Positions 47,547 through 55,587 of a stretch of DNA of 64,000 nucleotides are shown piece by piece; the stretch's first letter is position 1; each line of letters begins with the position of its first letter. The notes beneath the pieces are model-generated. The model worked only from the letters and a program-made list of their open reading frames with translations. It was not told where the DNA came from and searched no databases. Made by a program: the position numbers and the translations under genes. Source of the DNA: an uncultured Acidimicrobiales bacterium (lineage in GTDB: Bacteria > Actinomycetota > Acidimicrobiia > Acidimicrobiales > SZUA-35); NCBI GenBank assembly GCA_938021675.1, contig CALIFY010000041.1, positions 8,588 through 72,587 of the forward strand. The letters run 5' to 3'.

Positions 47547-48104
47547 CTAAGCCGAGGCCGGAATCCGGAGCACCTGGCCCGGGTAAATCAGATCGGGATC
47601 GCTCAGCATCGGCCGGTTGGCCTCGAAGATCACCGGGTACTTCATGGCGTCGCCATAGTGCTCCTTGGCGATAGCGCTTAGCGTGTCGCCCTTCTGCACC
47701 ACGTGCATCTCCGACTCTTCTGCCGAATCCACGACTTCAATGTCGTCGGAGACCTGACCGACATCCTTGACGTTGCCGACGGCGAGAATGATCTTCTCGC
47801 GGGTTTCCTGGTCCTTTACCTTGCCGCTGATCTCGGCCAGTCCATCGTCGTAGCGGATGTCGAGGTCTTCGATGGCGAAGCCCATGGTCTTGACGTATCG
47901 CTCTAGACCAGCAGCTTTCTTGTTTTCGGCCAGCCGCTCCACCCGCGCCTTTTTGGCCGTGTCGGCCCGCCGTTCCCGGACACGCTTGGCCAGGTCGGCA
48001 GCCCGCTCGGCCGAAGCAGCTTCGGCCTTCTCTTCCTTTTCCTCTTTGCTATCACCGATGCCAATCTTGGCTCCGGCTTCACGTACGAAATCGAATACGC
48101 CCAT
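47547..48104 (-). CDS. kbp: BON + LysM protein, Kbp/YgaU-like (potassium-binding protein family)
   Basis: 185 aa. The N-terminus MGVFDFVREAGAKIG matches E. coli YgaU (MGLFNFVKDAGEKL). The BON segment reads ETREKIILAVGNVKDVGQV. The LysM segment reads HVVQKGDTLSAIAKEHYGDAMKYPVIFEANRPMLSDPDLIYPGQVLRIP. Confidence 0.85.
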   Translation of the reverse strand: MGVFDFVREAGAKIGIGDSKEEKEEKAEAASAERAADLAKRVRERRADTAKKARVERLAENKKAAGLERYVKTMGFAIEDLDIRYDDGLAEISGKVKDQETREKIILAVGNVKDVGQVSDDIEVVDSAEESEMHVVQKGDTLSAIAKEHYGDAMKYPVIFEANRPMLSDPDLIYPGQVLRIPASA

Positions 48105-48232
48105 ATTGTTCCTCTCTGTGGACGTCCGGCCAGGTTCAGACTCGGAAAGAGGGAGGACCGGACAGACTCGGCCTCCGAAGCTAGCAGCATTGGGTGGCGT
48201 TGTAGCCTGGGCCCGCCAGTAGCCTCAGATTC

Positions 48233-49780
48233 TTGACAGCCGACCGGTCTGGCGAGTTGACACCGCAGCTCATCGAAACGGGCACCTGGTCCGACGAACT
48301 CGTGTCGAGGACCCTCCCCATCGTCGATGTCCCGTTCGTGTCGATCGGCGGCGGTCTTGGCTCGCTCGCCGCGGTTGATCTGCTCCGAATCGCTGGTCTT
48401 CGAACCGACGACATTCGTGTCGTTACCACCATCGATCGCCCTCATCAGACCTACCGGTTACTAGCCGAAAACTCTCAAATTCCGGTCGAGGAGAGGATCC
48501 GATCCGATGCCAGCTCGACTATCGACAACATCTGGGGATTCCCCAGCTATGCCACCCGCGAAGCGATGAGCGCGAAAGGTTTGGCCAACAAAATCGCCCC
48601 GTTGCGTCACGTACTGGTTGAACCGGTACTCGACGACTATTACACCCCGACCGCCGGTCAGGTGTATTCATCGGTCGACGCCGAAGCGAACCGAATCGGT
48701 TGGAACAAGATGCTACTAAAGGGCGTGGTGCGAATGGTTCGCCGTCGCGTCGGCGGCGGCTACTTCACGGTCTATACGCCGAAAGCCGGCCAAGACCCAA
48801 CCCATGGCGGGACAAAGCGGGTGGCGGTCCGCTCCCGCCACGTCCACATCGCCGTCGGCTACCCGGGTGTCCGCTTCTTGCCCGATCTTCAGAAATATCG
48901 GAAGACACACAAAGACTTCAGCCGGGTGGTGAACGCCTACGAGAACCACGATTACGTCTACGAGGAACTGCGGCGGCGACCGAGCACCGTGATGGTCCGG
49001 GGCAGCGGGATCGTAGCCTCACGCATCCTCGTTCGGCTCCTCGATGACCGAGAGAAGCGCGGCGCCAACACCACCGTCATCCACCTCTTTCGCAACTACG
49101 TACGCGAACCACAGGGCGACCGAGCGACCTTTCGTCGAGATGGCCGCAATGGGTTTGCCTACCAGGGGTTCAACTACCCGAAGGCCGCTTGGGGCGGACA
49201 GCTAAAAGAACAGCTGGAGTCGCTCGATGGCGACGCCCGCAAAGATCTGATCGGTCGATTGGGTGGCACGAACACCCCCCACCGGCGGGCGTGGGACGAT
49301 CAGCTCGAACGGGGTCGCCACGGCGGCTGGTATCGCCAGTTCGAAGGTCAAGTCCAGTCGGTAGCCCCTGGCCAGGATCAGACAGTTCAAACCACTGTGG
49401 CCGATCGAGCCGGCCGGACGATTCAGCTCGAGGCCAACTTCATCGTCGACGCCACCGGTTTGGAGTCGGACATCTCCGAACACCGGGTGCTCGCCGACCT
49501 GCTCGACTATGGCGGAGCCGGTCGAAACCCTCTCGGCCGACTAGACGTCGAGCCGAGTTTCGAAGTGAGGGGCACCAGGAGCGAACCGGGTCGGATGTAT
49601 GCGAGCGGATCGATCGCCCTCGGCGGCTACTACGCCGGTGTCGACTCCTTCCTCGGGCTTCAATACGCCGCCTTACGCATCCACGACGACCTAGCCTCGG
49701 CGGGATTCGGTACCCGGCTCGGTTCGATGCGGTCCGTAAAGGAATGGTGGCGATGGATGCGTCAACAACCGGTTCCGTGA
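48233..49780 (+). CDS. Two-dinucleotide-binding-motif flavoprotein-like oxidoreductase (hypothetical)
   Basis: 515 aa with a TTG start. The first Rossmann-like motif is FVSIGGGLGSLAAVDLL, the second is VMVRGSGIVASRIL, and there is a late FIVDATG motif. The family was not identified further. Confidence 0.45.
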   Translation: MTADRSGELTPQLIETGTWSDELVSRTLPIVDVPFVSIGGGLGSLAAVDLLRIAGLRTDDIRVVTTIDRPHQTYRLLAENSQIPVEERIRSDASSTIDNIWGFPSYATREAMSAKGLANKIAPLRHVLVEPVLDDYYTPTAGQVYSSVDAEANRIGWNKMLLKGVVRMVRRRVGGGYFTVYTPKAGQDPTHGGTKRVAVRSRHVHIAVGYPGVRFLPDLQKYRKTHKDFSRVVNAYENHDYVYEELRRRPSTVMVRGSGIVASRILVRLLDDREKRGANTTVIHLFRNYVREPQGDRATFRRDGRNGFAYQGFNYPKAAWGGQLKEQLESLDGDARKDLIGRLGGTNTPHRRAWDDQLERGRHGGWYRQFEGQVQSVAPGQDQTVQTTVADRAGRTIQLEANFIVDATGLESDISEHRVLADLLDYGGAGRNPLGRLDVEPSFEVRGTRSEPGRMYASGSIALGGYYAGVDSFLGLQYAALRIHDDLASAGFGTRLGSMRSVKEWWRWMRQQPVP

Positions 49781-49906
49781 GCATTGCTCCTCATATGGTG
49801 GTGCGCCGCCCCTCATCTCCCCTGACGGTGCGATCGTCTGCCAGGTTCGGCTACGTTCGGTCCGTGAGGTTGTCCTGACGATGTTGCCCGCTAGATCAGT
49901 ACGTTC

Positions 49907-50344
49907 ATGACGCCGACTCTCGTCGGCCGGATCCAGACACGCCTGTTCCTTCTGGCGACGGTTGGATTGGGCTGGACCATTCTGATCAGCCCAATCCTCG
50001 TGCAACAAGACGGTTCGGTCGGGCGGGTCTACGCCATCACCATTAGCGCTGTCTTCCTAACTGCCGTCTTCGGTGTCGGCTGGGAGTTGCTCTACCACGC
50101 GCTGCAACAATATCGATGGGAAAAGGATTGGCCGATCCTCTATTCGCTGGTCGTCGCCTTCCCCGAAGGTTTCCTGGTTTGGATCTCCGTGTTGGTCATC
50201 TTCTTTGGGTCGCCACCGCCATTCCTCGTCTTTTGGTTCCACTTCCTCTCGACCTGGTCGTTGGTGTGGCTCGTAGCGGTTGGTCCGATAAAAGTGTTAT
50301 TGCCGCGGTGGCGTTATCAGGGTGGAAGGATTGTCGAAAAATGA
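49907..50344 (+). CDS. Small 4-TM membrane protein, hypothetical
   Basis: 145 aa with four hydrophobic helices. It ends 4 nt before the first plausible start of the downstream kinase-like gene. Confidence 0.5.
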   Translation: MTPTLVGRIQTRLFLLATVGLGWTILISPILVQQDGSVGRVYAITISAVFLTAVFGVGWELLYHALQQYRWEKDWPILYSLVVAFPEGFLVWISVLVIFFGSPPPFLVFWFHFLSTWSLVWLVAVGPIKVLLPRWRYQGGRIVEK

Positions 50345-50348
50345 AGAA

Positions 50349-51182
50349 GTGGGGGTGGGCGTGCAACAGATAGCCGACTATGAGATCGTGCAGCAACTGG
50401 GGGAAGGAAGTGGCGGCCAAGTGTGGCTGGGTCGCACCCCGGCCAGGCTTGAGATATCCGACGATGTGGTAGCCATCAAGACCCTGTCCCATGCTGCGTC
50501 GGATGCCGATTTCGCCCGCCTCACCGACTACCTGCAGTTGTATGCCTCGATTTCCAGCCCCAATCTGGTTCGGCTGTTCGACGTCGGCCAGCAGGGCAAC
50601 ATCATCTATCTGGCCGGCGAGTACTTGCCGGCCGGGTCGCTGGCCCGGCCGTCGCGCCCGTTCTCGCGGGTCGACGTGCTTCGAGCTATGGCCGACATCA
50701 GCCGAGGGGCACATGCGCTCCACGAGATCGGCATCGCCCACCGGTCGATCCGGCCGGGCAACGCCATGATCGGCGATCACGGGGCAAAACTTGGCGACAT
50801 CGGACTTTCTCAACTTCTCAGCCCCGGCCAAACCGTTACCGGCACCAGCCGCGTCAGCGTTATCGAGTACCTCCCGCCCGAGTTGGTCCAGGGCCAACAG
50901 GCATCGCGAGCCAGCGATGTTTGGGCCCTTGGCGCCACGCTGCACAAGGTGCTGACCGGTCAGCCCCTCTACCCCGGGCTGCCGACAGAATCACTGGTCA
51001 GCGCCCTTCGACACATTCTCAACGAGCGGCCCACCATGGGCGACGCGCTAAGAAACGGCGAGCGCCACATTATCGAGGCCTCGGTCGCCGTCGATCCGTC
51101 CGAACGGCCGTCGACAGCGGAAGCGCTGGCCATCGCTATTGCCACCGAGGCCGACCGTCAAGCGGAGAAGGCACGGACATGA
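50349..51182 (+). CDS. Hanks-type kinase-like protein with degenerate catalytic loop (predicted pseudokinase)
   Basis: G-loop GEGSGGQVW and VAIK Lys are present. The catalytic loop reads HRSIRPGN instead of HRDLKPxN. DFG reads DIG and APE reads PPE. The start is ambiguous (GTG 50322, 50349, 50355 or 50361); 50349 avoids overlap with the upstream gene. Confidence 0.7.
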   Translation: MGVGVQQIADYEIVQQLGEGSGGQVWLGRTPARLEISDDVVAIKTLSHAASDADFARLTDYLQLYASISSPNLVRLFDVGQQGNIIYLAGEYLPAGSLARPSRPFSRVDVLRAMADISRGAHALHEIGIAHRSIRPGNAMIGDHGAKLGDIGLSQLLSPGQTVTGTSRVSVIEYLPPELVQGQQASRASDVWALGATLHKVLTGQPLYPGLPTESLVSALRHILNERPTMGDALRNGERHIIEASVAVDPSERPSTAEALAIAIATEADRQAEKART

Positions 51183-52492
51183 CCGATCTTGATCTTCGCG
51201 CCGGCCAAATCCACCGAGGACTGGGCATCGTCGCCCGTTGGACCGACATCGCCCTCGTTATCCCGAGCGACTCCGCTCACGACACACTCGTCGACGACAT
51301 GTTTCACCAACTCGGACCGGAGCCGGACCCCAACCACCTCGTCGGGGCGGTGAACGAGCTAATCTCGGCCGAGAAGCTGCAATCGATCGGCATGTTGGTC
51401 GAAGCAACCGGCGGCCCCATGGCTATGGCGTTCGGACCGATCGAGATCCTGGTCGACGGCGAATCGGTCATGCATGGCGGGGAGGGACCGGTCCGCAACC
51501 AGCTATCGAACGCGGCGACCCGTCTGACGATTCGTACCACCAACCTGACGAAAGCGGCCGAACCGGTCGCCCCCTACGACCTCCGACGAGGCATCGCTCC
51601 CGGGGCTGGTCTGACCCTCGTCACCATCGCCTCGGTTCAACCACCGCCGGCTCCCGTCGGCCTGGCCTCGGCCGTTCCGTTACCTTCGCCAGAAGCGGCA
51701 AATGAGCCAGCCGTCTCACCCCTCGACCCAAGCGTTGCCACCGATCAGAACAGCCCACGGGTTTCTCCTTCCGACGTCGGTTCAGGACGGGTGGACGACC
51801 AAGCCGTCGTACCAGACCCGACGAGCGAACCTCAATCGTCACCGGTCGGCGAGCCCGGAAACCCACCGCCGGAGCGGCATGTCAAACCGGCGGTCGCTCC
51901 ATCGTCGATAGCGGTGCCGTTCCGCTCGGTGGTATTGATCGGGCGCCCGCAACAGGCCACGGTGCCTCTGCCAATCGCCTCTTCTCCCAAGACCGGGGAA
52001 CTCTCCCGGGGCGAACTCGACGCCGGACGGGTCGAGGTCGATGGCATCCTCTGCTCACGAGAGCACTTCAACAATCCCGGTGCGGCGTACTGCATGGTCT
52101 GTGGCATCTCGATGTTGCATCTAACCCACAATCTGGTTAGAGGCCCCCGCCCAACGCTTGGGTTCATCGTGTTCGATGACGGGTCGACGTTTGGGCTCGA
52201 TCGGTCATACGTCGTCGGTCGTGAACCATCGCCGTTGGCCGACTCGCCTGCCGAGCGTTTGGTCCTCCACGACAACAACGAGACGCTCTCACGGACCCAT
52301 GCCGAACTGCGGTTGGCCGACTGGAACGTCCAGCTCGTCGATATGAAGTCAACGAACGGGACATACGTCTGGGATCGAGCCTTCGAACGCTGGAACCAGC
52401 TTGCGGCCGGACAACCCATCGAGCTGGCATCCGGCGAGACGGTAGCCCTCGGCCGCAGAACGTTCGTCTTCGAAAGTGTCAGCCGGACCTAG
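51179..52492 (+). CDS. FHA-domain protein with N-terminal globular domain, Pro-rich linker and C-x3-H-x9-C-x2-C zinc-ribbon-like motif
   Basis: ATG 51179 forms an ATGA overlap with the pseudokinase stop; the track start 50921 lies inside that gene. The FHA domain reads FGLDRSYVVGREP...LSRTHAELRL...VQLVDMKSTNGTYV. The zinc-ribbon-like motif is CSREHFNNPGAAYCMVCG. Confidence 0.8.
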   Translation: MTDLDLRAGQIHRGLGIVARWTDIALVIPSDSAHDTLVDDMFHQLGPEPDPNHLVGAVNELISAEKLQSIGMLVEATGGPMAMAFGPIEILVDGESVMHGGEGPVRNQLSNAATRLTIRTTNLTKAAEPVAPYDLRRGIAPGAGLTLVTIASVQPPPAPVGLASAVPLPSPEAANEPAVSPLDPSVATDQNSPRVSPSDVGSGRVDDQAVVPDPTSEPQSSPVGEPGNPPPERHVKPAVAPSSIAVPFRSVVLIGRPQQATVPLPIASSPKTGELSRGELDAGRVEVDGILCSREHFNNPGAAYCMVCGISMLHLTHNLVRGPRPTLGFIVFDDGSTFGLDRSYVVGREPSPLADSPAERLVLHDNNETLSRTHAELRLADWNVQLVDMKSTNGTYVWDRAFERWNQLAAGQPIELASGETVALGRRTFVFESVSRT

Positions 52493-52944
52493 GCGTCGAC
52501 CAGCTCGCGACGAGCGACTGGGCCACCGGTAACGTGTTCGAAGCCGAGCATCTGGTCGATGCCGGCTCGACCGGAACCGAGTAGGACCAACGCGACAGTG
52601 CCGGCCAGGTACACGATGTCGAGTTCTGAGCCACCGAGCACCGAGGCACTGGACTTCACGAAGACAAAGGCGCCAACGAGCAAGAGTGAAAAGCCGGCGG
52701 CGACCAGACGCGTCCCGGCTCCGAGGATAAGCGCTATGCCACCGGCAACCTCGGCGACAGCGGTAAGTGGTGCGGTGATGGCCGGGGCAGGCACACCCTC
52801 GGAGGCGAAGAAGCCTTCGACGTTGGTCAGTCCAGTATCGAACTTGTCGATCCCGTGGTAGAGAAAAAGGGAGCCGATGGCTAGGCGGAGCACGACGGGT
52901 GCATAGCCGCTGGCCTGAGCGATGAAGCGATTAAGGGATCGCAT
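52489..52944 (-). CDS. DoxX family membrane protein
   Basis: It contains APVVLRLAIGSLFLYHGIDKF. ATG 52944 is preceded by GGAGGA about 10 nt upstream. The track ORF extends to 53007. Confidence 0.75.
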   Translation of the reverse strand: MRSLNRFIAQASGYAPVVLRLAIGSLFLYHGIDKFDTGLTNVEGFFASEGVPAPAITAPLTAVAEVAGGIALILGAGTRLVAAGFSLLLVGAFVFVKSSASVLGGSELDIVYLAGTVALVLLGSGRAGIDQMLGFEHVTGGPVARRELVDA

Positions 52945-53068
52945 TTGAGCAAATTCCTCCATGGGTAACGCGTGGATACGTACCGCCCATGAACCGGCGA
53001 CACCCATCTGCCTTCCCCAAAGAGACGTAAGTCATAATCTCATTCAGAGATTGACTACTTATGAAAGA

Positions 53069-53698
53069 TCACGACGTTGGCCGCCTATCGATCAACCCGT
53101 ATTCGACGAGAGCAGCGGCAGCCTCATCTGGCCCTCGCACGAGTTCGGCCCTAAGCCCGGCCGCCGTTCCACCGTCGACATTGATCTGATTGTCATCGAG
53201 AAAGAGGACGCGATCCCCCGGCAACCCCAGGTCGGCCAACACGAAGTCGAAAAGGCTTCGGTCCGGTTTCAACAAGCCAAGCTGAAACGACAGATAGTTG
53301 CGATCGAACAACGTGCGGATCACCGGTCCATCGCTCTGATGATCCCAGTGGAGGGCATTGGTATTGCTAAGGACTCCGGTGATCACCCGACCGCGGAGCG
53401 ACTCGACAAGAGACGCCGCGCCGGGAAAGAGGCCTCGAACGAAGCCTTGGAAACGGTCGACAAGCTCTTCGGGAGTGATCGGCAAGTCAAGCTCGGCCAC
53501 CAAACCGGCCCCGAACTCGGTGGGGTCGATGTCTCCCCGCTCGAAGGCCCGGACGATGGGACTCTGTAGCCAAGCCGGCCAGAACACATCGGCGGGCACG
53601 TCGAGGCCAAGCAGCTCAACGAGAGGGGCCAGTTCGACGATCACCCCACCCATATCGAACAACACTGCAGCAATATCAGAGGCGGCGTTCTCAGTCAC
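53069..53698 (-). CDS. HAD-superfamily hydrolase (subfamily IA-like)
   Basis: Motif I is AVLFDMGGVIV and motif IV is VLFLDDNQINV. The start is uncertain: GTG 53698 versus track start 53755. Confidence 0.75.
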   Translation of the reverse strand: MTENAASDIAAVLFDMGGVIVELAPLVELLGLDVPADVFWPAWLQSPIVRAFERGDIDPTEFGAGLVAELDLPITPEELVDRFQGFVRGLFPGAASLVESLRGRVITGVLSNTNALHWDHQSDGPVIRTLFDRNYLSFQLGLLKPDRSLFDFVLADLGLPGDRVLFLDDNQINVDGGTAAGLRAELVRGPDEAAAALVEYGLIDRRPTS

Positions 53699-53940
53699 GG
53701 TGGTGCACCTTAGCGACCGAGCGGGTCGGCGCTGCCCCGCGGCCCATGAAGACAACTGCCCATCCAGGTCTACCCACGTGACCTACGGGCGTTACGTCAC
53801 ACTATCGAACAGAGGAGCTCGGCGGTTTCGCCGCATGAGCACCCGTGCTCCCGAAAGGTGAGCACGCGTGGCCCGGTCTTGGTGGTGACCGGGCCACGCT
53901 TTCCTCGCCATCACCGCTGCGCTCGCTCCAGGAAGGGACC

Positions 53941-54771
53941 TCAGTCGTATGAGGCGCCGAGGCCTGCCCTGGCATCGGATTGAATCCCATATGGCGGGAT
54001 CGGGTAGCGCAACCCGTTGGCGGCAAGGGCATCGAGACCAGCGATCGCCTTTGGAAGGAACTCGGGAGGGGTCGCCAGCAGCAACTCGTCGTCCTGCACG
54101 CCACCGTAGCGACGCTCGGCAAAGCAGGGGATCGACACCGAAGGCTCGCCGAGAACAAGGGCCCGGCCCCACGAATCGGCGCAGGCCGACTCGCCGACAC
54201 ATCCCCACTCGAACTTCTGATAGCCGGACCACTGAAGCCCGTTTATCAACAAGATCATCTGGGCCGGTGTGGCATAGATCAAACAAACGTCGGGCGGATC
54301 GAGTCGGCCGGTACCCAACGGCGACACCGCCATCGCCTCATAGGTACCGAAGGGCACGGTATGCATCGCATGCTGGTGAGCCGATGAATCCTCGGTGGTC
54401 TCAAACCACACGCCAGCCATCGCCTGACCAGCCAGCCACTCGTCGTCCTGGGGGTGAAGGCCGATAACGGCACCGCACTGGGGGCCGACAAGATCGTCGT
54501 TGGTGATCCCAACCGTCCAGTTCAACCGGGCGGCCATGGCAACAATCTGATCGGTGGTATGAACATTCCCCGGTCTACGGATCTTCGCTACCGCCTCCAT
54601 CTCGGCAACCGACGCGAACAGCTTCATCCCAATCGGTGTGGTTCGGAGGCGTAGGAGGCGATTCAAGTCGGCGACGAGAACCGACCAGTCGATCGGTGCG
54701 CCAGCGAGGTGAACAGACTGCTCATCGGTCGGGGCCATACCCCCAACTATGGTCGGGCTACCAGGTAACAC
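53941..54771 (-). CDS. DUF169-like protein
   Basis: 276 aa (or ATG 54738). It contains TPIGMKLF...VGPQCGAVIG...CADSWGRALV...IPCFAERRYGG, which resembles DUF169 proteins. Tentative. Confidence 0.5.
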   Translation of the reverse strand: MLPGSPTIVGGMAPTDEQSVHLAGAPIDWSVLVADLNRLLRLRTTPIGMKLFASVAEMEAVAKIRRPGNVHTTDQIVAMAARLNWTVGITNDDLVGPQCGAVIGLHPQDDEWLAGQAMAGVWFETTEDSSAHQHAMHTVPFGTYEAMAVSPLGTGRLDPPDVCLIYATPAQMILLINGLQWSGYQKFEWGCVGESACADSWGRALVLGEPSVSIPCFAERRYGGVQDDELLLATPPEFLPKAIAGLDALAANGLRYPIPPYGIQSDARAGLGASYD

Positions 54772-54795
54772 CCAAGTTGAGCAGCGCCACCGACG

Positions 54796-55587
54796 TCAGC
54801 GTCTGGACCGGTCGGCCAGCACCTTCGATACGCGCCGCACCGCGCTGCCGGGTAGCGCCTTGGTCAAGCCCCGCAACGCCTTGTTTGGGGCGCCCGGCAC
54901 AACCACGGCCCGCCCACGAGCCAGACCGAGCAGCCCCGCTGTCGCCACATCCTCGGCCGATTGCCACAACGCCTCGGGGACGCCTACCACGTCGTAGTTG
55001 GCACGCTGTTGAAACTCGGTGCGGGTCAAACCGGGGCACAGGCAGGTCACCGCTACCCCACCGGGCGCAAGTTCGGCATGCAGAGCCTCCGAGAAGTTGG
55101 TGACAAATGCCTTCGTTGCCGCATAGGTGGCCGCCTTCGGTGACGGCGCAAACCCAGCCACCGACGAGACGTTCAGGATCCCACCGCGTCCTCGGGCCGA
55201 CATAGCGCTGCCGGCAGCATGGGCGAGACGGTGCATGGCCACGACGTTGACGTCGATCACCGCGGCCTCAGCAACAGGATCGAGATCGATGAACTCGCCG
55301 AAATTTCCAAACCCGGCATTGTTCACAAGCAGATCGACGAGTGCCTCTTCCGAGAGCAGACGCTCGGCGACGGTTTCCAACTGTTGACCATCGGATAAAT
55401 CGGCCACCAACACCTCAACCTCGACGTCTACTTCGTCGGCCAATTCCCGAAGCCTGGCCTCGTCTCGGGCTACAACCACGAGGTCGGTACCGGCTTCAGC
55501 CAGTGTCGTAGCGACTGCTCGCCCGATTCCAGAGGATGCGCCGGTGACTAAGGCTCGATTCCATTTTGAGAACTTGGCTGCGGTCAT
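54796..55587 (-). CDS. Short-chain dehydrogenase/reductase (SDR)
   Basis: Motifs are ALVTGASSGIGRAVA, NNAG and YAATKAF. ATG 55587 forms an ATGA overlap with the mfd stop. The track ORF (to 55770) is an over-extension inside mfd. Confidence 0.85.
   Translation of the reverse strand: MTAAKFSKWNRALVTGASSGIGRAVATTLAEAGTDLVVVARDEARLRELADEVDVEVEVLVADLSDGQQLETVAERLLSEEALVDLLVNNAGFGNFGEFIDLDPVAEAAVIDVNVVAMHRLAHAAGSAMSARGRGGILNVSSVAGFAPSPKAATYAATKAFVTNFSEALHAELAPGGVAVTCLCPGLTRTEFQQRANYDVVGVPEALWQSAEDVATAGLLGLARGRAVVVPGAPNKALRGLTKALPGSAVRRVSKVLADRSRR

Noticed and set aside
48105-48232. Possible riboswitch (for example ydaO/c-di-AMP type) in the kbp leader
   Set aside because: I wrote out the 128-nt leader and could not find the conserved ydaO-type segments or a convincing pseudoknotted fold. 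I saw only a duplicated GAGTCTG word and a good SD (AGAGAGGA).
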